Shown piece after piece: positions 1 through 8,380 of a DNA stretch of 55,164 bases (the first letter of the stretch is position 1; every line of letters begins with the position of its first letter). The position numbers and the translations under genes are program-made. Origin of the DNA: a virus (taxonomy: Duplodnaviria > Caudoviricetes); the IMG/VR virus record IMGVR_UViG_3300046816_000301, positions 1 to 55,164 of that record; one strand, written 5' to 3'. The notes under the pieces are model-generated. The model did not search any database. It saw only the letters and a list, made by a program, of their open reading frames with translations, and was not told the DNA's origin.

Positions 1-892
1 GAGATATCTTGGTCCCGTCTAACCCTGGTGCCAGATCAAACCGCTCGGGGTGCGTCGCGTCGAACTCGGCCTGTTCTTTTGGACCCATGCTTTGGCCGCT
101 GCCTCCGGTCCGATAAACCAGAAAAGCATCGCGGTTGAGCTTAGCGTCGCTGTCGTGAAGTATCCATTTCCACTTCTCGTCGGGGGCGTGATACCACCCT
201 GTCGCCTGGAATATGGTCTGCGGATCTTTACCCTGTTTCTCCATCTGCTGCGCCGCATCAAGCGGCATGCCCGGGCCGAGGTCGCTGGAAAGACGAGATT
301 TATTAACTATGTCAGCGCGCACCGCACCATGCTCGCCGCCCATCATCGCTTGGGCCGGGTTACTGGCCAGCACCGCACCGGCGACGGCACCGGCACCGGC
401 GACGGCACCGCCGACGCCAGCCGCCGCGCCGGTTAAATTCGTCGGTGTCATGGAGCGTGCGACAGCGGGCGGCACGCTACTCTCAGCAAGGCTTTGAGTA
501 GCGTGCGCAGTGACCCTGCCGCGCGGGTCGGCAAGCAGCCATGACCCGCCCGGCTGCGACGGCGGCACCACGTTGTAACCCTTGCCTAGAGAATAGGGCT
601 GCGGCCCCGCAGGCTGCGCCGTGGGTGCGACGGGAGCGTAGTTGTAGGGTGACCACGCCGCCGGCGCGGCCCGCGCAAGCGCACGGGTGGGCGCAGGCGC
701 CGGCCGCGCCCCACCACGCCGCGTCATGACACCGGACGCCGTCATGCCGTAGCGCTGCGTCGGTGTCATCGCGGCGGGACGCTCGGTTGGATCGAGCGCG
801 GCCGCCGGATCAGTCGGGTCGAAGGCACGCGGCGGACCAGGCGCGTTGGGCGCGCTCAGCACGTCCTGCATACGCTCGAGCACGTCGGCCAT
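1..892 (-). CDS. Partial gene (runs off left edge); Pro/Ala-rich N-terminus followed by an LPD23-like large polyvalent protein domain
   Basis: Not in ORF track because there is no stop in the window. ATG at 892 overlaps the HNH stop (TGATG) and the frame is open to position 1. Hand translation contains AQQMEKQGKDPQTIFQATGWYHAPDEKWKWILHD, resembling the LPD23 signature (ME..G...I...TGW....DGKWR.EI.D). Confidence 0.7.
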   Translation of the reverse strand, partial: MADVLERMQDVLSAPNAPGPPRAFDPTDPAAALDPTERPAAMTPTQRYGMTASGVMTRRGGARPAPAPTRALARAAPAAWSPYNYAPVAPTAQPAGPQPYSLGKGYNVVPPSQPGGSWLLADPRGRVTAHATQSLAESSVPPAVARSMTPTNLTGAAAGVGGAVAGAGAVAGAVLASNPAQAMMGGEHGAVRADIVNKSRLSSDLGPGMPLDAAQQMEKQGKDPQTIFQATGWYHAPDEKWKWILHDSDAKLNRDAFLVYRTGGSGQSMGPKEQAEFDATHPERFDLAPGLDGTKIS

Positions 893-1401
893 CAGGCAGC
901 TCCTGCGTTGGCAAATTCGCCGAAGACCGTCTGAGCTGCGTTTACGTAAGCAAGATGCGCATCTCGCTCATTGTCGAAATACCCTAGGTGCCTAATCCGG
1001 CCGTGATCCCAGATCTGCGACTGCCACCTACTTGAGCGTTTGTGCCAGTAGGCCCCCTTTAGCCCGCCTCGACGTGCACCGGAATTCGCGACGTTCTGGC
1101 CATGGGTCGCAAGGCGTAAATTATCCCACCGGTTATCGGCCTTATTGCCGTTAATATGATCTACTTCTTGCTCCGGCCATTCACCAGTCATTATAAGCCA
1201 AGCAATACGATGAGCTAGGTACGGAATTCTATATGCCTTTACTACAACATACCCATGGCTTCCGACGCACCCAGCTTTAATCCCATGAACGACCCCACGT
1301 CGACCTTTGTAAAACAAAGCGCCGGCACTGAGATCGTACCAAAAAATGCCGCGCATATACTCAGCGGTGGGATTTGCTTTGATCGGAGCGCGCTTCATCA
1401 T
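892..1401 (-). CDS. HNH homing endonuclease with C-terminal AP2-like DNA-binding domain
   Basis: YLAHRIAW...EVDHINGNKADNRWDNLRLAT (HNH_3) followed by KGAYWHKRSSRWQSQI...HLGYFD...AY (AP2/IENR-like). Confidence 0.92.
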   Translation of the reverse strand: MMKRAPIKANPTAEYMRGIFWYDLSAGALFYKGRRGVVHGIKAGCVGSHGYVVVKAYRIPYLAHRIAWLIMTGEWPEQEVDHINGNKADNRWDNLRLATHGQNVANSGARRGGLKGAYWHKRSSRWQSQIWDHGRIRHLGYFDNERDAHLAYVNAAQTVFGEFANAGAA

Positions 1402-3677
1402 TCGACCCGCATGTACTTACCGGCACGCCCAGGCCGAGGATCTTGCACGTAGTGGTTGCCGTCGGGCGCCAGCCTCGCCCCCGGTAACGGGGGCGGGGGC
1501 GGGGGCGCCTGGTCTTGACCCTGGGCTGCAGGCGCGGGGCCGGGAGGAACCTGCCCCGCTTGTCCACCAGGCGCCCCACCCGAAGGGGCGCCCCCAGCGC
1601 GACCCCCCTGGGCTTTCGCCGCCGCAAGCCCAAGCTGCATCTGTTGGGCTGCAGCCTGGGTCTGCTTCTGCTGCGCCGCCTCCTGCTGCACCGTGTCGTC
1701 ATCCGGCACGACGTCGTCGCCGAGACCGAGACCGGTGGCAAGCGAGCGCAATACACGAGCGCGTCCGACCTCGCCGACGATCTGCGCGTCGATCGGGTTG
1801 CCGGTGATCTGCAGGAACTGTAGTTGTTTTTGCTGCTCAGTCTCTTTTTGCAGAGCGACGACGACACCGTTGACCTGAACCTGCTCGTCACCCGACAGGA
1901 TGCCGGTGTCGTCGGTCAGCATGATCATGTCGTAGAGACCGTCGAGCACGCCCTTCATGACATCGAGGTCGATATTGGCGGCGACGGTCTGCAGGACTTT
2001 CTGGGCGTTGCCCATCAGCATCGAAAGACCAGAGGCCGTGCGGCCGGCGCCGCCCTTGAGGCTCTCGCCGGTGGTGTAGCGCGGGATCGCGCTGATATCG
2101 TCGCCCATCCCGCTGACCGCCGAGTAGATCGCCATCAGCTCCTGGGCGTTGGACCCAGGCTGAAAAAAGGTCACCGGCTCGCGATTATTACCCAGCGGGT
2201 CGCTGACTACCTTCCACCGCTTCCACGGGTAGAGCTGATCCTCGTTAACTGTAGGATCTAAGAGTTCGGTGTTGATAACTACTTGAGGCCCACTGGCGAT
2301 CGAGATATTGTTGACTAGAGCGCGAAGAGTTGCGTTACCGATTTCTTGCAGATCCCCGAGGATATCGGGCAGGCCGTGGCCGGCTATAGTACCAGGCACC
2401 TTCTCGAACGAGCTGACAAAATACGGATGCCGCTTACGCGGGCTGGGGTTGATCTGGGTCTTGATGGTGTGCCGGCCGACGACCCAGGTCTGCACCATGT
2501 AGTCGCGGGTCGGATCGGGCACCTGATCCGGCCCCACGCCCTGGTCGAGCAGCATTGAGCCTTGAATACTCCCGTGATACTCAAGCCCGTCGATCAGGTG
2601 AGTCTCGTTGCGCTGCGGCGCCTCGCGCCCGGCGTTCAGCGCTTGCTGGGTGTCGGGGGCGTCCAACCAATCCCTGAGGCCGCTCGAGTAATCATCAAGC
2701 GCGCCACGTATAGCTTGATCATTAAATCCTGGTAATCCGAGCAGATCGTTCAGATCTGCTCTACTAAACTTCTTGCGCTCGATGCACTCGGCGTCCTCGA
2801 TGTAGGCCGAGCCGGGAGACCAGTAAAAGTTAAACGGGTCGACGCGCTCCCAGAACATCTGCGGCACGGTCTGCATCGTCGGCTGCTTGCCCTGCCAAAC
2901 AAGCTTAGGGACCATGCGCACCACTGGACCCTTGAGCACCGCGAAGGGGTAGAGCGCGATGTCCACCAGGAACTCGGCGAGCGCGTCGTAGAACTTTCCC
3001 GCTATCAAGATGTCGTCGATCTTGTCGGCCGCCGCCTCGGCCTGGGACTGCGCGATGCGCTTGGCCGCTGCCGTGGCCTGGCGCACCAAGCCGATATACC
3101 TGGCGTGGAGGTCGCTCGGCATCACCGCCTGCCCGGCGAGGCGCATCTGCTGTGCCTCGACCTGTATGGCCTGGACGATGGCCATCATCGCATCCGGGTC
3201 CACCGGCGGGTCAGGCTGCGGCTCGATCGACCACGGACGCTCCGCGCCGAGGTAAACGTCACGAAGCAACGATGTTGCTCCGCGACATTTAACAGCGACC
3301 ATACGGGAATAAACCTCAGACCCCCCGAAGCGTCTTATTTCTACTAGCTTAGCCGGGTCGTACTGCCCCTCGAACATGCGCTGGGCGCGCAGCAATCTTT
3401 CGTTCAACGGGTTCTGCCCACTGTTGCGGGCGTTTCTAAAGGCTTCCCAGCGCTGTCTGATATAGGCCCCGAGGTCGTCGGGGAGCGGCTGCGGGCGTGC
3501 TGCGGCCGAGGCCGCAGCGAGCTGCGCCGCCTCGTTGCTATTGAGGTCAGCCGGGCTGACCACGCGCAGAAACCCGGTCGCGCCTCTCCCTCCGCCTAAG
3601 GCGGAGAAAGCTGGTTGAGAACCAGGTTGCGAACCAGGTATCGGCAGCGCAGGCGGCAAGCCCCGACCCCCTACCAA
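1398..3677 (-). CDS. Portal protein (podovirus type)
   Basis: 759 aa, adjacent to terminase. Portal-like segments (ERVDPFNFYWSP, GHGLPDIL.DLQ..NA..RA..NN, GRTASGLSMLM) and a Q/P-rich tail. Confidence 0.85.
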   Translation of the reverse strand: MVGGRGLPPALPIPGSQPGSQPAFSALGGGRGATGFLRVVSPADLNSNEAAQLAAASAAARPQPLPDDLGAYIRQRWEAFRNARNSGQNPLNERLLRAQRMFEGQYDPAKLVEIRRFGGSEVYSRMVAVKCRGATSLLRDVYLGAERPWSIEPQPDPPVDPDAMMAIVQAIQVEAQQMRLAGQAVMPSDLHARYIGLVRQATAAAKRIAQSQAEAAADKIDDILIAGKFYDALAEFLVDIALYPFAVLKGPVVRMVPKLVWQGKQPTMQTVPQMFWERVDPFNFYWSPGSAYIEDAECIERKKFSRADLNDLLGLPGFNDQAIRGALDDYSSGLRDWLDAPDTQQALNAGREAPQRNETHLIDGLEYHGSIQGSMLLDQGVGPDQVPDPTRDYMVQTWVVGRHTIKTQINPSPRKRHPYFVSSFEKVPGTIAGHGLPDILGDLQEIGNATLRALVNNISIASGPQVVINTELLDPTVNEDQLYPWKRWKVVSDPLGNNREPVTFFQPGSNAQELMAIYSAVSGMGDDISAIPRYTTGESLKGGAGRTASGLSMLMGNAQKVLQTVAANIDLDVMKGVLDGLYDMIMLTDDTGILSGDEQVQVNGVVVALQKETEQQKQLQFLQITGNPIDAQIVGEVGRARVLRSLATGLGLGDDVVPDDDTVQQEAAQQKQTQAAAQQMQLGLAAAKAQGGRAGGAPSGGAPGGQAGQVPPGPAPAAQGQDQAPPPPPPLPGARLAPDGNHYVQDPRPGRAGKYMRVE

Positions 3678-3731
3678 ATATAGTTCCTATAGGATATACA
3701 CAGCTAACTCTACCCACGCAAGTTTATAGAT

Positions 3732-4334
3732 ATGAGCGTTGCAGACCAGGAAGCAGAGCTGGACGATATCATCGATCGCGTGCTCGTCCTCTCGGACAAC
3801 CCGGACGTCGAGGACGCGCTGATCCTGCGCCTGCAATACGACATCGCCGCGAAGATCCATCTCCCCGAGGAAATCGTCCGGCGCTACGGCCTGCCGGACC
3901 TGGATGCCTTGAAGGAATACCTGGTCCAGCACCCGCAAGTGGTGTTCGGCGCTAAAAAACTCCGGGCGCTGTTCGAGAGCGGTGAGGGCGTCGAAGCCCG
4001 CATGCGGGCCAAGTTTCAGTTCGCCACCGAGGACTGCATCCCGGTGATCAGCCAACTGGTGAACAACCCCTCGGTGCCGTTCGCGGCGAGGATAGATGGT
4101 TTCAAACAACTACAGAGAGGGGCGGGCGCCGACGGCGCCGGCCGCGCCGAGGGACGTGGGCCGCTCAGCAGCGGGCAGAGTTTTGTGTTGAATATTTTCC
4201 TAGACCCGAAGCACCGCACGACGATCTCGGGGACAACAGTAGATAACCCCGGAGACATTCCGGGGGCGTATGACCCGCCGAGATTAGCTCTCGGCGAGGA
4301 GGGCGAGGAACCCGACGAGGAAGCTGATGTGTGA
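3732..4334 (+). CDS. Putative terminase small subunit
   Basis: 200 aa, helical with acidic tail, directly upstream of TerL. Assignment is mainly positional. Confidence 0.6.
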   Translation: MSVADQEAELDDIIDRVLVLSDNPDVEDALILRLQYDIAAKIHLPEEIVRRYGLPDLDALKEYLVQHPQVVFGAKKLRALFESGEGVEARMRAKFQFATEDCIPVISQLVNNPSVPFAARIDGFKQLQRGAGADGAGRAEGRGPLSSGQSFVLNIFLDPKHRTTISGTTVDNPGDIPGAYDPPRLALGEEGEEPDEEADV

Positions 4335-4336
4335 GT

Positions 4337-4351
4337 TCCCTACCGTAGGGA
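4337..4351. repeat. Palindrome P copy (terS-terL junction)
   Basis: TCCCTACCGTAGGGA. Confidence 0.95.
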
Positions 4352-4354
4352 GAT

Positions 4355-4403
4355 GAGCGAAGTGCGCCGAGCAGTGCGCAGGCGCGCGGGAGCGAGTGGG
4401 AGA
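4355..4403 (+). repeat. Structured repeat S copy A
   Basis: GAGCGAAG-tgcgcc-GAGCAGTGCGCA-ggcgcg-CGGGAGCGAGTGGGAGA. Confidence 0.9.
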
Positions 4404-4406
4404 TAA

Positions 4407-5810
4407 ATGGACTACCACGCCCCGCCCACCGTCGCCGCGTTTATGCTGGATAGCAAGACGCGGATACGTACCCTTGTTGGCCCACTTGGAAGTGGGAAAA
4501 CAATGGGGTGTGTTATGGAGTTGCTAAAGCGCGGCTGCGAGCAGCAGCCCCATAACGGCGTGCGCTACACCAGGTTCGCGCTGATCAGGAATACTTTACA
4601 ACAGCTCCGTCAGACAGTGCTCGCAGATGCACTGCAGTACCTCGGTCCCTGCGCGCATTTCTACACCACGGACTCGACCTTGCAGGTCAGGCTCCGCCTG
4701 CCTGACGGGACGGGGGTGCACTCCGACTGGCCGTTGATCCCGCTGGACTCGAAGGAGGACGTGCGCAGGTTGCTGTCCATGCAGCTCACCGGCGCTTATG
4801 TGAATGAACTACGAGAAGTTCCTTTTGAGATTATCAGGCCGCTGCTGGGAAGATGCGGAAGATATCCAAGCAAAGCTCTTGGGGGAGCTACCTGGAGAGG
4901 AATAATTTGCGACACCAACCCGTGGGATACCGACAGCCCGTATCACGACCGGATGGTGCTCAACCCGAAGCCCACCTGGAAATTATATCACCAACCCTCG
5001 GGCATAAGCTCCGACGGGGAAAACACCGAGAACCTGCCCGACGGCTATTACGCAGACCTGATGGAAGACCACGACGTGGACTGGGCGTCGGTCCATGTCG
5101 AGAGCCAGTGGGGGACTTCCAACGCCGGGCAGGCGGTGTTCAGAAAAACCTTTCACGCACCCACCCACGTCAAGGATATGGGGGTGCTGGTCAACCCCAA
5201 TAAGCCAGTGATGATCGGCCTGGACTTTGGCAGAACCCCCTGTGCCATAATAGGTCAACATGACAACTTCGGCAGAGCAATAATAATGAAAGAAGTTGTT
5301 ACGGAAGGTATGGGTTTAATTCAGATGATCGAGGAGCATCTTAAGCCAGTACTCCTCGCGCCGCCCTTCGCCGGCAAGCGCGTGTTTGTGGTAGCAGACC
5401 CCGCCGGGGCGCAGCGCTCGCAGCTCAGCGAGGAGACGGCGTTTATGGTGCTTAAAGATCAAGGATTTTTAGCTTATCCTGCTTCTACTAATTCTATAGA
5501 TCTAAGGTTACTAGCAGTAGAAAAACTACTCCGCCAGCAAATATTAGGGGAACCTGCTCTACAGATTAGTAGAGCAGGTTGCCCAATACTTATTACGTCC
5601 CTCGGTAATAAGTACCGCTACCGGCGTCGTCGAGATGGCAATCTCGACGATATCCCCGAGAAGCTCCACCCGTGGAGCGATATCTCCGACGCCCTGCAGT
5701 ATTTTTGCCTAGGCACCCAGAGTAATTTAACCGGGCGGGTGCTCAACCGCGACCGCCCGAGGATCATGAACAATAATCAAACACTGGTGTCGGCGGCGGG
5801 GTGGACATGA
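4407..5810 (+). CDS. terL: Terminase large subunit
   Basis: Walker A GPLGSGKT, Walker B-like GAYVNELRE, coupling motif DTNP, nuclease motifs IGLDFG and DISDALQY. Confidence 0.93.
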   Translation: MDYHAPPTVAAFMLDSKTRIRTLVGPLGSGKTMGCVMELLKRGCEQQPHNGVRYTRFALIRNTLQQLRQTVLADALQYLGPCAHFYTTDSTLQVRLRLPDGTGVHSDWPLIPLDSKEDVRRLLSMQLTGAYVNELREVPFEIIRPLLGRCGRYPSKALGGATWRGIICDTNPWDTDSPYHDRMVLNPKPTWKLYHQPSGISSDGENTENLPDGYYADLMEDHDVDWASVHVESQWGTSNAGQAVFRKTFHAPTHVKDMGVLVNPNKPVMIGLDFGRTPCAIIGQHDNFGRAIIMKEVVTEGMGLIQMIEEHLKPVLLAPPFAGKRVFVVADPAGAQRSQLSEETAFMVLKDQGFLAYPASTNSIDLRLLAVEKLLRQQILGEPALQISRAGCPILITSLGNKYRYRRRRDGNLDDIPEKLHPWSDISDALQYFCLGTQSNLTGRVLNRDRPRIMNNNQTLVSAAGWT

Positions 5811-5854
5811 GCGAAGCTCGCGCGGATCAGCGCGCAGCGGGAGCGAATGGGAGA
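5809..5854 (+). repeat. Structured repeat S copy B (different loop)
   Basis: GAGCGAAG-ctcgcgc-GGATCA-gcgcgcag-CGGGAGCGAATGGGAGA. Confidence 0.8.
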
Positions 5855-6035
5855 TAGGAGTGATCTACACGACCACTGGGAGAGAGGCCCAGCCTTGTGG
5901 AGGGGCTGGACCCCGCTACTACCGACGAACTATGATGAGCTTGATCCTGACGGACCAAAGTACCATAATCCACGGCAGGAGCCGGCGATGGGTACGAGCC
6001 ATCGTTTTCTCTCCTGTGGTGCGGCGCCGGGCTAA
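5847..6035 (+). CDS. Hypothetical protein
   Basis: 62 aa ORF filling the gap after terL on the same strand. Confidence 0.4.
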   Translation: MGDRSDLHDHWERGPALWRGWTPLLPTNYDELDPDGPKYHNPRQEPAMGTSHRFLSCGAAPG

Positions 6036-6075
6036 TCCCCGGCGCCGTTTTCATTTATGGCACAGGGGATAAATA

Positions 6076-6306
6076 ATGGAAGTAATTAGAACTCCCAGCG
6101 TCACCGGCATCGTCGAGTATCTTGAGCGCCTGCTGAAGCAAGCCCACGCCGGCGAGCTGTCAACCGTGTTCGTCGTATCGTTCAAGGCCGGAGACAGCAC
6201 CTGGCTGTCGGTCGAGAAGGGCGTGCGCCTGGATCGGCTAAGAGCGATCGGGGTGCTCGAGTGCATGAAGCTCGACCTGATGCGCTCGATGGATACTGAG
6301 GAGTGA
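6076..6306 (+). CDS. Hypothetical protein
   Basis: 76 aa, AGGGGA RBS, coupled to the next gene (GTGA). Confidence 0.7.
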   Translation: MEVIRTPSVTGIVEYLERLLKQAHAGELSTVFVVSFKAGDSTWLSVEKGVRLDRLRAIGVLECMKLDLMRSMDTEE

Positions 6307-6584
6307 GCCACGACCGCCTGATCTGGGCGGCGTTTGCTGCGGTGGCCCTGCTGGTTGTGGTAACCGGCGCCCTGGTCTTTGGCGGCGTTTTCTTCGCCCC
6401 GGGCAGCGACAGCGTTATCAGGCAGATGATCGAGGGGCGGGTGCTCTCGCGCGGGATCGCCCTCTTCCTGATCATCCCGACGATTGCACTGCTATGCCTG
6501 CAAAACAAAATCCACGGCGACGCCGCGCTGGCCGCGCTCTCGGCGATCGCCGGCTACATCCTCGGCAGCACTTCCGGTCAGTGA
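6303..6584 (+). CDS. Small membrane protein (2-3 TM; holin-like possibility)
   Basis: Hydrophobic segments LIWAAFAAVALLVVVTGALVFGG, GIALFLIIPTIALLCL and AALAALSAIAGYILG. Confidence 0.6.
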   Translation: MSHDRLIWAAFAAVALLVVVTGALVFGGVFFAPGSDSVIRQMIEGRVLSRGIALFLIIPTIALLCLQNKIHGDAALAALSAIAGYILGSTSGQ

Positions 6585-6631
6585 CGAGCTGCGCTAGTAT
6601 CTATAGTAGTTATATTAGTAGGGGAGGTAAC

Positions 6632-6859
6632 ATGAGCAACCCACGGGCTTACGTGCGCTGCGACGGGCGGCGGATCGAGCTGAACCTCTACGACAACGCG
6701 ATCGTCAATCAAGTGACGATCGCGGCCGACGACGCGATCCTCCTGGCCAAGGAGCTGCTCACGCAGGCGCTGCGCATGAAAGACGTAGAGGCGAGGGATA
6801 AACGCGCCGACGCTTACGCGGCGGGGAACGCCAGGCACCCCTTACCTTTATCCCGATGA
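6632..6859 (+). CDS. Hypothetical protein
   Basis: Strong GGAGGT RBS before ATG 6632 (internal start of ORF 6494..6859). Confidence 0.65.
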   Translation: MSNPRAYVRCDGRRIELNLYDNAIVNQVTIAADDAILLAKELLTQALRMKDVEARDKRADAYAAGNARHPLPLSR

Positions 6860-7113
6860 AAAAACATCCCCCGCCCGGACCCGACGACCCCTTGGTCAAG
6901 GCCGCGCAGCCGTTCAGGGAGTGGCAGCGCCCCAAGGTGTGCGACTACCGCGAGGGATGCTGGGTCAACGACGGGCCGAGCGCGTGCAGCCACGTATCGG
7001 GCGGCGGGTCTTTTTGTAAAGCGTGCGACGGCGACATCCGTCACCAGAGCATGCGCCACTTCAAATGGAGTGAAGCGCTAAAACAAGCGGAAACATTAGT
7101 CACTGGGGATTAA
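6856..7113 (+). CDS. Hypothetical Cys-rich protein
   Basis: ATGA overlap with the previous gene; several Cys including CKAC. Confidence 0.6.
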   Translation: MKKHPPPGPDDPLVKAAQPFREWQRPKVCDYREGCWVNDGPSACSHVSGGGSFCKACDGDIRHQSMRHFKWSEALKQAETLVTGD

Positions 7114-7174
7114 AGGGAGTGACACTTGGACCAACCAAAGTGTCACTCCCGCTACCGGCTCGAAGCTAGGAGAT

Positions 7175-7200
7175 AACCCCACCGGCTGACGGGGGTTTTT
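7175..7200 (+). terminator. Probable intrinsic terminator of the terminase operon
   Basis: AACCCC-ACCGGCTGACG-GGGGTTTTT hairpin plus T run after the last + strand gene. Confidence 0.55.
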
Positions 7201-7268
7201 CCGGCGCACTCCCCGCCTTACCGCCCCGGAGGTAAATGAGTAAAACCCTCCGGTAGTTTAGTATCTTA

Positions 7269-7313
7269 CCATTCGCTCTCGCACCGCTCCGTACTACTCG
7301 CGGTGCTTCGCTC
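7269..7313 (-). repeat. Structured repeat S copy C
   Basis: GAGCGAAG-caccgc-GAGTAGTACGGA-gcggtg-CGAGAGCGAATGG. Confidence 0.85.
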
Positions 7314-7375
7314 TTCTTTTCGTTTGCCGCAGCCTGCTTCCTTCGGCAGAGGAACGCCGAGCATATAAACCATTT

Positions 7376-7677
7376 TCATCCGTTAAACAACTCGCCAGGG
7401 CGCACCCCTAAAGCTCGAGCGAGCTTTATGAGGTTATCCAAACCGATGTTGCGCTCGCCGCGCTCTACACTCCCGACGTAGGTCGGGTGGAGCTGCGCCG
7501 CCGCGAGAGGGCCGCCGAGGGAGCTTAGAGCTTCGTCGGGTAAAGAGCCGCTGGGGGCGGCTCCCCGACGCGCGACAGGGTTTAATACTTAGGCTCCTCC
7601 TGTGTCCAGCCGCGTGCCATACGCAGCTGGCGCACGCGCTGCCCGAGCCGCTCTCTGTCTGACCGCCCCACCGGCAT
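7376..7677 (-). pseudogene. XRE/Cro-C1 HTH regulator interrupted by an ~83-nt insert
   Basis: 5' half MPVGRSDRERLGQRVRQLRMARGWTQEE(P) stops at 7582. The 3' half, in another frame, reads LAAAQLHPTYVGSVERGERNIGLDNLIKLARALGVRPGELFNG* and ends at 7376. Removing 83 nt gives a 72-aa HTH_3 protein. Confidence 0.85.
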
Positions 7678-8099
7678 AGCGGTATTCCCGACGCCGGTAC
7701 AAAAATAAGTCCACAGACGATGGCGCGCTGGTCTCGACGATCCTCTGCCTCCGCTTGGTGAACCAAGCGGATCAGCTCCTCGCACGGCTCGATCATGCGG
7801 TGGCGCACGGTGGAGACCCGACGCCTGACATTCCCTTGAGTAAACTCAAGGCGAATGGAGATGTGCTTGGTGCCTTGACGCTGCGATAGAGCAGTGTCAA
7901 TGAGCGGTATCGACACGCCGAGATGTTGGGCAACATCCCGGCGCGGCGGGAACGGCTCGCCGGCGTCATGCAGTATAACGCAGAAGACCAGAAACTTCGC
8001 CGTCGCCACGGGCGGCCGCATGATCGGTTCCTCTTCCTGAAGCCAGGTCATGACGGCGCGCACCGCATGTTCCGAAGGGCGCGGCAGATCAACTCCCAA
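7434..8099 (-). CDS. Putative winged-HTH protein; the C-terminal ~90 aa overlap the XRE gene and may be non-functional read-through
   Basis: PFPPRRDVAQHLGVSIPLIDTAL is HTH-like; GAGGA RBS before TTG 8099. Confidence 0.55.
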   Translation of the reverse strand: MGVDLPRPSEHAVRAVMTWLQEEEPIMRPPVATAKFLVFCVILHDAGEPFPPRRDVAQHLGVSIPLIDTALSQRQGTKHISIRLEFTQGNVRRRVSTVRHRMIEPCEELIRLVHQAEAEDRRDQRAIVCGLIFVPASGIPLCRWGGQTESGSGSACASCVWHAAGHRRSLSIKPCRASGSRPQRLFTRRSSKLPRRPSRGGAAPPDLRRECRARRAQHRFG

Positions 8100-8380
8100 G
8101 TTTTCCTCCTCTGGAAATACGCGAGCCTTGTGCTCAGCGCAGAACCTGTGTTGTGCTCCACGTTAGTCCATAAGAGCTATATTTATATGACAGCGAGGGA
8201 CAGCAAGCTACAAAATACGTCGGAGCGTAATATGGGGGTAATTCGCTAATCCCTTACGAGCCAAGGGATTAGCGGTGGATATGCCTGTGGATAACTCTGT
8301 GAGTAACCCGACAAGTACAAACAAATACAGCCGCGTCATGACGCGGCTGTATTGTGTGGTGTTTAGGGTGTAGCGCGGCG

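Noticed and set aside
370-425. CACCGGCGACGGCACCGG-type repeats near the left edge
   Set aside because: Explained by Gly/Ala/Val codons (GAVAGAGAVAGA) in the partial - strand gene.
7508-7590. XRE insert as a self-splicing intron, hammerhead ribozyme or tmRNA fragment
   Set aside because: Too short for group I/II introns and lacks the hammerhead CUGAUGA/GAAA core or recognisable tmRNA ends.
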